A DNA stretch of 64,000 nt from Thermoplasmata archaeon (GTDB lineage Archaea; Thermoplasmatota; Thermoplasmata; Lutacidiplasmatales; UBA184). Location: contig JAKAAX010000007.1 of NCBI GenBank assembly GCA_021802125.1, forward strand, positions 8,983 through 72,982, read 5' to 3'. Numbering within the stretch: position 1 is the first letter of the stretch; each line of letters begins with the position of its first letter. The position numbers and the translations under genes were made by a program. Of the stretch, positions 52,354 to 61,257 are shown piece after piece. The notes beneath the pieces are model-generated. The model had not been told where the DNA came from. It made no database searches and saw only the letters and a program-made list of their open reading frames with translations.

Positions 52354-53268
52354 ATGAACCGTCTTGAGAGAGCCTTTAGCGCGAATCCGCTTCCCGCTAC
52401 ACAGGCGAGCATGGCGACGCTTCGACCGACGTCCCTCCCGCCCCGCGTCGGTGAGGGCCCCACGCTAACGACCGAAGGCCCGTCCGAGCTCCAGAGGAAC
52501 CAGGTCCACACCCTGGACTGCCTGGAGGGCATGGCCAGGCTCACGGCCTCCTCCGTCGACGTGATCGTCACCTCTCCGCCCTACAACATCGGCAAGCCCT
52601 ACCACACGTACGACGACTCGCGCCCCCGGGAGGAGTACCTCGACTGGCTCGAGAGGGTGGCCGTCGCCGCGAAGCGGGTGCTCGCCGACGAAGGGTCGTT
52701 CTTCCTCAACATGGGAGGCAAGCCGTCGGACCAGGGGATCCCCCTCGAGGTGGTCGACCGGTTCCGGAGGCACTTCACGCTCCAGAACACCATCGTCTGG
52801 GTCAAGTCGGTGGCCGTCCACGACACCCTCGCCGTCGGCCATTACCAGCCGACGAACAGCGTGCGGTACCTGAACGGCTGCCACGAGTTCATCTTCCACC
52901 TCACGAAGTCCGGGGTCGTCCCCCTGGACAAGCTCGCCGTGGGGGTCCCCTACCAGGACAAGAGCAACATCGGACGGTGGGAGGCGGCCAAGAAGGACCT
53001 GAGGGACCGCGGGTCGACCTGGTTCATCCCCTACGATACGATCCAGGAGTCGCGGCCCCACCCCGCGGTCTTTCCCCCGAAGCTGCCGGAGATGTGCGTG
53101 CGCCTGCACGGGGTCCGCCCGAGCATGCTGGTGCTGGACCCGTTCATGGGAACGGGCTCGACCGCGCTCGCCTGCCATCGCCTGGGCGTGGACTACCTGG
53201 GCTTCGAGGTGGACCCGAAGTACGTCGAGATCGCCCGGGAGAACCTCTCCCAGCTCATCCCCCGATGA
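52354..53268 (+). CDS. DNA methyltransferase, beta-class (motif IV before motif I). The SPPY motif suggests N4-cytosine, or possibly N6-adenine, specificity.
   Basis: Internal ATG (MNRLERAF) of track ORF 52294..53268. DVIVTSPPYNIGKPY is motif IV and VLDPFMGTGSTALA is motif I, near the C-terminus. No nuclease gene is adjacent. Confidence 0.8.
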   Translation: MNRLERAFSANPLPATQASMATLRPTSLPPRVGEGPTLTTEGPSELQRNQVHTLDCLEGMARLTASSVDVIVTSPPYNIGKPYHTYDDSRPREEYLDWLERVAVAAKRVLADEGSFFLNMGGKPSDQGIPLEVVDRFRRHFTLQNTIVWVKSVAVHDTLAVGHYQPTNSVRYLNGCHEFIFHLTKSGVVPLDKLAVGVPYQDKSNIGRWEAAKKDLRDRGSTWFIPYDTIQESRPHPAVFPPKLPEMCVRLHGVRPSMLVLDPFMGTGSTALACHRLGVDYLGFEVDPKYVEIARENLSQLIPR

Positions 53269-53989
53269 GGGAGTCCCCTTCGAGGGAGGGGCCCCGGCCG
53301 GCCCTGGGCGCGTGAGCCGGCTCTCCCTGCGCGGGCACCCACGGGCCGGGGAGCGCGGAGCTTGCGCCCCAGTGCTCCGCGAGACGGGCCTCGATCCGCA
53401 CCAGCATGACCGAGAGGCTGCCCTTGTCCACGCCGAGGTCGTGGGCGAGCTGGGTCAGCGAGATGCGACGGGGGAACGCGTAGTAGCCGAGTTGGACCGC
53501 GCGGCGGAAGACCTCGGCCTGCCGCGGGGTGAACTGCGAGCCGGTAGGGTAGGCCCGGGAGGTCAGCACGGCCAGCACCCGGCTCCCTGGGAGGCGAGCC
53601 TCGACCAAGGCGAGCGACCGGCGGGAGATGCGCTGGAGGCCGAGCACCTCCCAGTAGGCGCGTCCGTCCTGGAGCGCGAACGGGTACCGAGGGACCATGC
53701 CGGTCTCCTCGAGAAGAGGCACCAGGACGAGGTGCCGGTACTCGACACGAAGGAGGGCCCCGGACCGTCCCGCCTCCATGATGCGCACCTCCTGGACGCT
53801 CGGGTCGTGCTGGAGGAAGGTGCGGAGCTCCTCGTTGGGCACGCCCTGTCCGGCGATGTGCGCGATGGAGCGGCCGGACCGCAGGCCCTGGAGCGCCATC
53901 ACCCAGAACGTGGTGTCGGGGAAGCGCCGGCTCATCCGGGAGAGCCAGTAGTCGGCCGGAAGCTGGAGCTCGATGCGAACGATCGGCAT
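53255..53989 (-). CDS. HTH_10 (Bat-like) DNA-binding domain protein.
   Basis: Track ORF, 244 aa. The C-terminal FTPRQAEVFRRAVQLGYYAFPRRISLTQLAHDLGVDKGSLSVMLVRIEARL is the classic archaeal HTH_10 pattern. It overlaps the convergent methyltransferase 3' end by 14 nt. Confidence 0.8.
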   Translation of the reverse strand: MPIVRIELQLPADYWLSRMSRRFPDTTFWVMALQGLRSGRSIAHIAGQGVPNEELRTFLQHDPSVQEVRIMEAGRSGALLRVEYRHLVLVPLLEETGMVPRYPFALQDGRAYWEVLGLQRISRRSLALVEARLPGSRVLAVLTSRAYPTGSQFTPRQAEVFRRAVQLGYYAFPRRISLTQLAHDLGVDKGSLSVMLVRIEARLAEHWGASSALPGPWVPAQGEPAHAPRAGRGPSLEGDSLIGG

Positions 53990-53997
53990 CCGGAGCG

Positions 53998-55956
53998 CTA
54001 CCCTCCCCCGGTTCCGAGGTCACCCGAGGCGGACCGGACCCCTGCCGCGGAGGAGCGGAGCTGGGAGAGGCCCACACGGGTGACCATCCCCACGATGTGG
54101 ACGAAAGGCTCGTGCCCGAGGACGGCCGCGACCTCTACGCCGCGCTGTTCCAGCATCGACAGGGCCTCCGCGGCCGAGGCGTACTCCGGGACGAGCACCT
54201 CGAAGGGACGGACCAGTTCCCCCACCCGCCGCTCGGCCCGCTCGTCCTCCGGCACGTGCAGCAGGTCGCTGACCTTGACGATCCCCTGCCAGACCTGCCC
54301 GAGCTTCACCGGGAAGAGGTACTGCTCCGTGTTGGCCGCGATCTCGAGGGCCTCGCGGACGCTCGCACCGGGCGGCAGGTGGGTCATCTCCGGCCGCGTC
54401 AGGGCGAGGACCGGCACCTCCGAGAGCAGGAGCCGGCGGTACTCGTCGCGGTGCGCGGGGCTCCGCAGGCGCGTCGACACCTGCTCGGAGTACAGGTGGT
54501 TGCTCCCGGTCATCAGGTAGGCGATGAAGATCGCGAGCATCGCGGGGAGGAGGAGGCTGTAGCTGCCCGCCATCTCCACGACCATCACGAGCACCGCCAG
54601 AGGAGCCTTCGAGATCCCCCCGAAGAAGGCCATCATCCCCACGATGACGAAGGCCGCGACGTCCTGCGACGGGACCAGCGACGGGGAGAGGAGGTGGAAG
54701 AGCCCGCCGATGACCGTGCCGAGCAGGGCCCCCACCACGACGCTGGTCCCGAAGAGCCCCGCGCTCCCCCCGCTCCCGACGGTGAGCGAGGTGGTCAGCA
54801 TCCGTAACACCACGGCCACCCCGATGGTGAGCAGGGCCAGGGGCCCGAAGACCCCGAGCGAGCCCACCTGGCCCAGCATCGCGGCCTGGACGAACCCGTA
54901 CCCGACGTTGATGGCGGCGAGCGCGGCGTAGTGGTCCTCGGCCGGAAGGGCGAAGTAGACCACGAGCACCAGCACCCCCGCGGAGACGGCCCCGAGCCCC
55001 GCGCGGAGGCTCAGAGGGAGCCCGCTCTTCGAGAACCACGACTCCGTACGCCGGTACATCTGGACGAAGCCCACCCCCACGCCCGCACAGACGAGGCCGA
55101 GCAACGCGTAGAGCGGGATCTGCGGGACGGTCCAGAGCGTCCCCCCCGGCGAGGCGAAGATGCTCTGGAACCCGAAGAGCGAACCGTAGATCGAGTAGCT
55201 GACCACGGAGGAGATGATCGCGGGGACGAAGACGACCGGCTCGAAGTCCCCCGTGTAGAAGATCTCTGCCGCGTAGATGGCTCCTCCCAGAGGGGCCCGG
55301 AAGATCGCGCCCACCCCGGCGCCGAGACCGGAGGCCAGGGCGATCCTCCTCTCGCTTGGCGAGAGGCCGAGCGCGTCCGCCCAGAGCGACCCGAACCCTC
55401 CTCCGACCTGGCTGACCGGTCCTTCCCTCCCGCCGGCGCCCCCCGTCCCCAGGGTGATGGAGCTCGCCAGCACCTTCAGGAGCGGCACCCGGTACCGGAT
55501 GCGTCCCTCCTTCTGGTGGAACGCCCGGATCGTCTGGTCCGTCCCATGACCGGCGATCTCGGGAGCGAACCACTGGGCGATGGCGCCCGAGGCGACCCCG
55601 CCCAGACCCATCACCAAGGGCAGCAGCAGGATGCGCGGGAAGGAGCTCGGCCAGGTGACCTGCAGTCCCCCGGCCAAGGGGTACTGGATCCCGACGATGA
55701 GGTCCAGGAAGAAATAGGTCGAGAGCAGCCAGAGGGAGTAGAACATCACCGCGCCGACGCCGGCGACGACCCCGATCGGAACGGCGATCAGCGCCCACCG
55801 GGCGAGGTCCCTCGAGACCTTCCCCCATCCCTTGAGGTCCGAGCTCCACGCCCCTCCCCACCGCTTGCGGAGATCGGCGAGCGAGGCTTCGACCCAGTGC
55901 GGCAGGCCGTGGCCCAGGGGCTTCTCCGCCTCCCCATCCTCCCTTCCGCCGATCAT
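53998..55956 (-). CDS. ClC-family chloride channel/antiporter with C-terminal CBS domains.
   Basis: Track ORF, 652 aa. Motifs: GHGTDQ, GGAGGREGP, GAIFRAPLGG and GSGGSAGLF. The soluble tail of about 150 aa looks like a CBS pair. Confidence 0.9.
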   Translation of the reverse strand: MIGGREDGEAEKPLGHGLPHWVEASLADLRKRWGGAWSSDLKGWGKVSRDLARWALIAVPIGVVAGVGAVMFYSLWLLSTYFFLDLIVGIQYPLAGGLQVTWPSSFPRILLLPLVMGLGGVASGAIAQWFAPEIAGHGTDQTIRAFHQKEGRIRYRVPLLKVLASSITLGTGGAGGREGPVSQVGGGFGSLWADALGLSPSERRIALASGLGAGVGAIFRAPLGGAIYAAEIFYTGDFEPVVFVPAIISSVVSYSIYGSLFGFQSIFASPGGTLWTVPQIPLYALLGLVCAGVGVGFVQMYRRTESWFSKSGLPLSLRAGLGAVSAGVLVLVVYFALPAEDHYAALAAINVGYGFVQAAMLGQVGSLGVFGPLALLTIGVAVVLRMLTTSLTVGSGGSAGLFGTSVVVGALLGTVIGGLFHLLSPSLVPSQDVAAFVIVGMMAFFGGISKAPLAVLVMVVEMAGSYSLLLPAMLAIFIAYLMTGSNHLYSEQVSTRLRSPAHRDEYRRLLLSEVPVLALTRPEMTHLPPGASVREALEIAANTEQYLFPVKLGQVWQGIVKVSDLLHVPEDERAERRVGELVRPFEVLVPEYASAAEALSMLEQRGVEVAAVLGHEPFVHIVGMVTRVGLSQLRSSAAGVRSASGDLGTGGG

Positions 55957-56449
55957 CTACGCCCCGGCCGGGTCACGCCTCGCTTTGGGCGATTGCCCGA
56001 CGCGGGTGCCTGGGACGCCCCGCTCGTCGAACGGGGGCGGCGGGAGATGGTCCCGCGACCCAGACCGCAACCCGCGTAACGACCCGCTCCCGTACGGGAC
56101 CGGCCCAGGGCCCCAGGCTTCAAGCGACCGCCATCCAACATGTTGGACCTTATGCCTTTGCTTCCACCCGCCTACGGCCGCCGATGTTGTCCGCGAAAGG
56201 GAGCCGACCCGTTCCCTTCGCGCCTCTGACGCACCCACGGCAGGTCGACCGCCCCTCCGGGGCTCGGAGTCGACGCGGCGTGCAGGGAGGCTCAGACCTT
56301 CACCACCCGACGGGGACGACGGCGCGCCCCCTGCGTGCGCCACGCGATCCCGCTCTGTCTCTCAGGCCACGAGAGAGCTACCCACGAGATGGGTCGCCGC
56401 GATCGATCGCGCTCCTCCCGCCCTCGACCGAACGGCGGGGAGTGGCCCC

Positions 56450-57265
56450 ATGATGACGAACCGGATGCGGTCGCCGAAGGCCCGGGACCACGTCCACGAC
56501 CAGCTCACCGCCATCACCTTCGACCTGTGGGGAACGCTGCTCCACCTCTCTCCCCGCAACGCCGCCCGGTACGAGGAGGAGCGGGAGAGGATCTGGCTCG
56601 ACTCGGCCAGGTCCTGGCCGCGCGTCGAGGGCGTGGAGCCCGCGAAGGGCTCGGAAGAGGAGGCGCGGGCCCAGGTCGTCCAAGAGACCCGCAAGGAGGC
56701 CACGCTCGGCCGCACGAGGTCCGTGGAGGCTCAGGGTCACCGCTTGGCCGAGCTCCTGGGGCGGGAGTACCACCCGGGCTGCGTCTCGCGACAGCTGGAC
56801 CCGCTGGTCCGACGTCTCCCGGTGCGCATCGAGCCCGCGGACCGGAGGACCCTTGCGGAGCTGGAGCGGTCCGGCCTTCGCCTGGGGGTGGTCTCGAACC
56901 TCCTCTTCGAGCCGGCCGAGAGCGTCCGGGCCCTTCTCGCCGAGCACCACCTCCTGCGCTTCTTCCATCACGTCTCGTTGAGCGAGGAGCTCCCCTGGTG
57001 CAAGCCCTCCCCCCGGATCTTCCAGGACTGCCTGGAGGAGCTCGGGGTCCCGGCGTGCCATGCCGCGCACGTGGGAGACTCGGAAGAGGACGTGACGGGA
57101 GCCACGCGTGAAGGGTACGGAGCGGTCGGGTTCATCGGATCGACACGGCGCACGGTCCCCCGCGCGGGAGGGCCCTCCGCATCCTCCTCTCGCCGAGCCG
57201 CGCGCCCCCGCTGCGTCCACCTGGGCAGCGTGAGCGAGCTGACCCAGAAGCTTCTCAAGGTGTAG
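56450..57265 (+). CDS. HAD-superfamily hydrolase.
   Basis: Internal ATG (MMTNRM) of track ORF 55832..57265. Motif I-like ITFDLWGTLL, motif II VVSNL, and the later K and GDSEED motifs. Confidence 0.7.
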   Translation: MMTNRMRSPKARDHVHDQLTAITFDLWGTLLHLSPRNAARYEEERERIWLDSARSWPRVEGVEPAKGSEEEARAQVVQETRKEATLGRTRSVEAQGHRLAELLGREYHPGCVSRQLDPLVRRLPVRIEPADRRTLAELERSGLRLGVVSNLLFEPAESVRALLAEHHLLRFFHHVSLSEELPWCKPSPRIFQDCLEELGVPACHAAHVGDSEEDVTGATREGYGAVGFIGSTRRTVPRAGGPSASSSRRAARPRCVHLGSVSELTQKLLKV

Positions 57266-57445
57266 CGCACCGTTCTGTGCCGCGCCGCCCAGCCCTGCAC
57301 CTGGCTCCGGGCGTTGTCCGCCTCCCTCGACCCATCCTCCTCGGAGCGAGCCCGCTCGGCGGACCCCTCCGCGGCCCCTCCTCGCGGCTCGTGCCCGCGA
57401 AAATAGTGAGGAGCCGTAATATACGGAGCCGAACGTCCATGCGAC

Positions 57446-57955
57446 ATGTCCGCCGCGGCGCTACGGGCAAAGCCTCGTGGGAAGCCGCGCGAGGAGCCCC
57501 AGCCCGCCACCTGGGGGCCCTTCGACGACTACCGGTGCGCGCACCACACGTTCCGTCGGGTCCTCGGCCGCATCCTCGGTCCCTTCGAGCTCGCGGTGTC
57601 GGACTACACCGCGCTCCGCCTCGCGAGCGCGGACCCGGTCCGGCCGTCCTTCCTGAGCGCGCATCTGGGGATCTCCCCGGCGGCGACGACGGAGGTCCTC
57701 GACCGTCTCGAGGCACGAGGGCTCGTGCGGAGGGAGCGCGACCCCACCGACCGGAGGGCCGTCGCGGTGAGCCTGACCGAGAACGGGGCGAAGCTCTACC
57801 GCCGCGCCTCCCAGGCCCATCGCGCCTTCCTCGACTCGCTCGCTCGTGACATGCGCCCCCACGAACTGGAGGCGCTCCGGTCCGGTTCCCTGGAGCTGCG
57901 TCGGGTGCTCGAGGAACGGTCGCGGGAGTTGGACCTGGACCCGAAGGAGACCTGA
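57446..57955 (+). CDS. MarR-family transcriptional regulator.
   Basis: Track ORF, 169 aa. LSAHLGISPAATTEVLDRLEARGLVRRERDPTDRRAVAVSLTENG is the MarR wHTH signature. Its stop overlaps the next ATG (TGATG). Confidence 0.85.
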   Translation: MSAAALRAKPRGKPREEPQPATWGPFDDYRCAHHTFRRVLGRILGPFELAVSDYTALRLASADPVRPSFLSAHLGISPAATTEVLDRLEARGLVRRERDPTDRRAVAVSLTENGAKLYRRASQAHRAFLDSLARDMRPHELEALRSGSLELRRVLEERSRELDLDPKET

Positions 57956-59772
57956 TGGTCGCCTACAAGTGGACCGTCCTCTCCAACACCACACTGGGAG
58001 CGCTCCTCGCCTCCCTCGACGGGACGATCGTCCTGATCTCGCTCCCGGTGATCTTCCAGGGGCTCGGGGTGGACCCGTTCCTCCCTTCGAGCTTCCCGCT
58101 CCTCATCTGGATGCTCTTGGGCTACGGCGTCGTCACCGGCACGCTGCTCGTCTCCATGGGCCGGCTCTCCGACATGTGGGGACGTGCCCGGATGTACAAC
58201 TTCGGGTTCGCCATCTTCTCGGCGGGGTCCGTCGCCCTGTTCCTGACCCCGAGCTCGGGGGACGCGGGGGCCTGGGAGCTCATCGGCTTCCGGCTCGTGC
58301 AGGCGGTGGGCGCCTCCTTCCTGTTCGCGAACTCGGCGGCCCTCATCACCGACGCGTTCCCTCCGAGCGAGCGCGGGAAGGCCATCGGCGTCAACCAGGT
58401 GGCGTTCCTGGGAGGCTCGATCGTCGGGCTCATCACCGGCGGGGTGCTGGCCTCCATCCCCGACCTCCACTTCGGGCCCTTCGTCCTCCCGACCTGGAGG
58501 ATCATCTTCCTGGTCAGCGTCCCGGTGGGCGTCTTCGGGACGATCTGGGCCTACGCCCGGCTGCGGGAGACCTCCGTCCGAAGCCAGCACCAGAAGATCG
58601 ACCTCCTCGGGAACGTCACCTTCGCGGTGGGGCTCACCCTGCTCCTGGTCTCGACCACGTACGGTCTCCTCCCTTACGGCGGGTCCGCGATGGGCTGGGG
58701 CAACCCTTGGGTCTGGGGCGGGTTCCTCACCGGGGCGGCGCTGCTCCTGCTCTTCCTGCGCATCGAGACCCGGGTCCCGGACCCGATGTTCCGGCTCGAG
58801 TTCTTCCGGGTCCGGGCCTTCTCGGCCGGGGTCTCCTCCTCCTTCCTGGGGTCGGTCGCGCGCGGGGGGATGATGCTCCTCCTGGTCCTCTGGTTCCAGG
58901 GGATCTGGCTCCCGCTGCACGGCTACTCGTTCGCCGAGACCCCGTTCTGGGCCGGGGTGATGATGGCCCCCATGATGGTGGGCTTCATCGTCGCGGGCCC
59001 GATCAGCGGATGGATCTCCGATCGCAAGGGGGCCCGGGTCATCTCGACGGTGGGCATGGCCCTGGGCTCGGCGACCTTCTTCGCGCTCGCCTTCCTTCCG
59101 TCCGACTTCGCCTACTGGCAGATGGCCGTGATCATCTTCCTGCAGGGGTGCGGGATGGGGATGTTCGCCTCGCCGAACGCGGCCTCGGTGATGAACTCCG
59201 TCCCGGCGGAGAACCGTGGAGCGGCCTCGGGGATGCTCGCGACGCTGCAGAACATCGGGCAGCAGACCTCCATGGCGCTCTTCTTCACGATCCTGGTGCT
59301 CGGACTTTCGACGGGGCTCTCGGTGTCGGTCTCGGGGGCGCTCGCGGGGGCCCACGTGGGAGCGCCCGACCAGGGGATCCTGACGACCATCGTCTCCTCC
59401 GACCCGACCGGAGCGCTCTTCGGCGCCTTCCTCGGCGAGAACCCGATGAACGGCATCCTGGCGCACGCCTCGACGGTCCCCGGATGGCAGGCCCTTCCTC
59501 TCTCCACGCAATCGACGCTCACCGCGCCCCACTTCTTCGCGACGGCGATCGCCGGCGCCTTCACCTCCGCCATGTCGGAGGCGTTCATGTTCGCCGGCCT
59601 GGTCACGGCGCTCAGCGCGGTGATCTCGGCGTTCCGGGGAGAGCGCTACGTCTGGGGCGAGACCACCCCGACGACCGGATCGGGCGCCTCAGAGCGGAAG
59701 GCCGCCGAGCCGGGACCCCAGGTGGGGGGGCTCTTCCGCGGCGCGGGCAGCTGGATGCGACGCTTCCGCTGA
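57955..59772 (+). CDS. MFS transporter, DHA2 family; paralogue of 20094..21575.
   Basis: Track ORF, 605 aa. KWTVLSNTTLGALLASLDGTIVLISLP, MGRLSDMWGRARMY and VQAVGASFL closely parallel the other DHA2 gene. Confidence 0.9.
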   Translation: MVAYKWTVLSNTTLGALLASLDGTIVLISLPVIFQGLGVDPFLPSSFPLLIWMLLGYGVVTGTLLVSMGRLSDMWGRARMYNFGFAIFSAGSVALFLTPSSGDAGAWELIGFRLVQAVGASFLFANSAALITDAFPPSERGKAIGVNQVAFLGGSIVGLITGGVLASIPDLHFGPFVLPTWRIIFLVSVPVGVFGTIWAYARLRETSVRSQHQKIDLLGNVTFAVGLTLLLVSTTYGLLPYGGSAMGWGNPWVWGGFLTGAALLLLFLRIETRVPDPMFRLEFFRVRAFSAGVSSSFLGSVARGGMMLLLVLWFQGIWLPLHGYSFAETPFWAGVMMAPMMVGFIVAGPISGWISDRKGARVISTVGMALGSATFFALAFLPSDFAYWQMAVIIFLQGCGMGMFASPNAASVMNSVPAENRGAASGMLATLQNIGQQTSMALFFTILVLGLSTGLSVSVSGALAGAHVGAPDQGILTTIVSSDPTGALFGAFLGENPMNGILAHASTVPGWQALPLSTQSTLTAPHFFATAIAGAFTSAMSEAFMFAGLVTALSAVISAFRGERYVWGETTPTTGSGASERKAAEPGPQVGGLFRGAGSWMRRFR

Positions 59773-59923
59773 AGAGAGCGGGCTGCCTGCGTACGGGACT
59801 CGGGGACTTCCCGATCCTCGAGAACCGGACCTCGCCACGAGGGCTGGGCATCGACATCCAACGGTGAGCCCGTCGAGTCCGGGTGGAGCAGGCGCGGAGG
59901 CGCCCGGCAGCTCGGTGAGCCGA

Positions 59924-60157
59924 CTACTTGCTCTTCGGGCCCTTCGGGGCGCGCGCCGGCTTCTCGGCCTTCGGCGCGGGGGCCTTGTCGGCCTCCGAAT
60001 ACCCGCACTTGCCGCAGGAGCGGCGGGGGCGCGGGGAGCCGTGCTGCGCCATGATGACGCCCGGCCCGCACTTCGGGCAGAAGGTGTGGGTACGGGTCAG
60101 TGTCTCGCCCTGGACGGTGTAGAAACCGGTTCGCGCCTTTCCCATGGTCTTCCTCAC
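59924..60157 (-). CDS. rps27ae: Ribosomal protein eS31 (S27ae).
   Basis: Track ORF, 77 aa. FYTVQGETLTRTHTFCPKCGPGVIMAQH...SCGKCGY is the zinc ribbon. The start is either the GTG at 60157 (GTGA overlap with the S24e stop) or the ATG at 60145. Confidence 0.9.
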   Translation of the reverse strand: MRKTMGKARTGFYTVQGETLTRTHTFCPKCGPGVIMAQHGSPRPRRSCGKCGYSEADKAPAPKAEKPARAPKGPKSK

Positions 60158-60534
60158 GCCTTCGCGGGTGCCTTGGTCTCGCCCTTGGCCTCGGGCTTGG
60201 CAGCGGGGGCGGGTTCGGCGGCGGCAGCGCCACCGGTGCCCTTCTGCGGCTTCTCCTTGAGACCGTTACGGATCAGGATGTGCTCGCGGACCACCTTGTT
60301 CACGAGGTCCTTCGAGTCGTAGGCGTGCGCGCTGCCACGGGAGCGCTGGACGCCGAACCGGGCGCGCATCCATTCCAGGATGAGCCGGTCCTTGGGGACC
60401 TTCAGCGCCTCGGCAAGGGCCTTGCGGACCTCGTCGCGCTTCGGGGTCGGTCCCTCGGGGTGAGCGACCTCGAAGAGGTACTCCTTCCGCCCGAGGAGCA
60501 GGTTGTGCTTCTCACTAATGACCTTGATGTCCAT
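60154..60534 (-). CDS. rps24e: Ribosomal protein eS24 (S24e).
   Basis: Internal ATG at 60534 of track ORF 60154..60702. The sequence is MDIKVISEKHNLLLGRKEYLFEVAHPEGPTPKRDEVRKALAEALKV...FGVQRSRGSAHAYDS. Confidence 0.9.
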   Translation of the reverse strand: MDIKVISEKHNLLLGRKEYLFEVAHPEGPTPKRDEVRKALAEALKVPKDRLILEWMRARFGVQRSRGSAHAYDSKDLVNKVVREHILIRNGLKEKPQKGTGGAAAAEPAPAAKPEAKGETKAPAKA

Positions 60535-60994
60535 GGTTCGCGGGGCGTGCCTCCATGCCTTCCAGGATCGTCCGTACTCGCCCCTTCGCCGCGTCGTCCA
60601 CGGCGAGGAAGCAGACGCCCGCACCTGGCTGTCCGTATATAACGGTGCTACCGGCCGGGAGCTCCAAGACGAGCGGGAGGACCGCGAGGTCCTCCTCTCC
60701 ATCGACGACGAGGAGCCCGCCGCCTCCGGCCACCAGGTCGTGGACGGCCTTCTGGAGCTCCGCGGTCACCTGCCCCGGAGGGTTCCGGGCCCAGAGCTCC
60801 CGGCGGGTCGCGAGGGGCCCCAGGTCGGTGATCTCCGTCGTCCGCTCCCGCAGCGTGTGTCCGTCGACGACGGCGGCGAAGGGGGGATGGCCCCACTTCA
60901 CCGCGTTCACGCTGACCACGTCACCGCAGGCCACGAAGAGGCCCGTGGTCGCAAGGCGACGCTTGGCCTCCTCGGTCGGGAGGACGGGCCCCAT
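60515..60994 (-). CDS. DUF359 protein (archaeal GTP-dependent dephospho-CoA kinase family). The true N-terminus is probably upstream of the first ATG.
   Basis: Track ORF, 159 aa. VACGDVVSVN and LLVVDGEEDLAVLPLVLELPAGSTVIYGQPGAGV fit the DUF359 pattern. The conserved gene neighbourhood (rpoE'-spt4-DUF359-S24e-S27ae) supports the call. Confidence 0.75.
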   Translation of the reverse strand: MGPVLPTEEAKRRLATTGLFVACGDVVSVNAVKWGHPPFAAVVDGHTLRERTTEITDLGPLATRRELWARNPPGQVTAELQKAVHDLVAGGGGLLVVDGEEDLAVLPLVLELPAGSTVIYGQPGAGVCFLAVDDAAKGRVRTILEGMEARPANHGHQGH

Positions 60995-61055
60995 CGGGCG
61001 CGAGAGCTCCTCGCGCAGTTCCGGACGAAGGTAGAGGTCCTTCGTGGCCGCCTCG

Positions 61056-61244
61056 TCACTTCACGCGCAGTGCGTAGCGTCCACCGGCCTTGATGCCCAT
61101 CTTGCGGGCGATCTCGGACTTCTCGGGGTCGACGACGATGAGGTAACCCTGCCACTCCTTGCTCGTCTCCCCGCCGCATTTCGGGCACTTCATCTGGTCG
61201 GAGATCGAATGGCAGTTGCGGCAAGCGCGCTGGGTGATCGCCAT
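61056..61244 (-). CDS. spt4: Transcription elongation factor Spt4 (RpoE'').
   Basis: Track ORF, 62 aa. ACRNCHSI...KCPKCGG is the zinc ribbon, followed by W.GYLIVVDPEKSEIA. Confidence 0.9.
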   Translation of the reverse strand: MAITQRACRNCHSISDQMKCPKCGGETSKEWQGYLIVVDPEKSEIARKMGIKAGGRYALRVK

Positions 61245-61257
61245 CGCTACCTACTCC

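Noticed and set aside
54020-59867. Long shadow ORFs overlapping the ClC and MFS genes (54020..55861 minus, 613 aa; 54931..56079 plus; 57796..59532 minus, 578 aa; 57846..59867 plus, 673 aa).
   Set aside because: These are R/G/P/D/H-rich translations without TM segments. The alternative frames give canonical ClC and DHA2 motifs.
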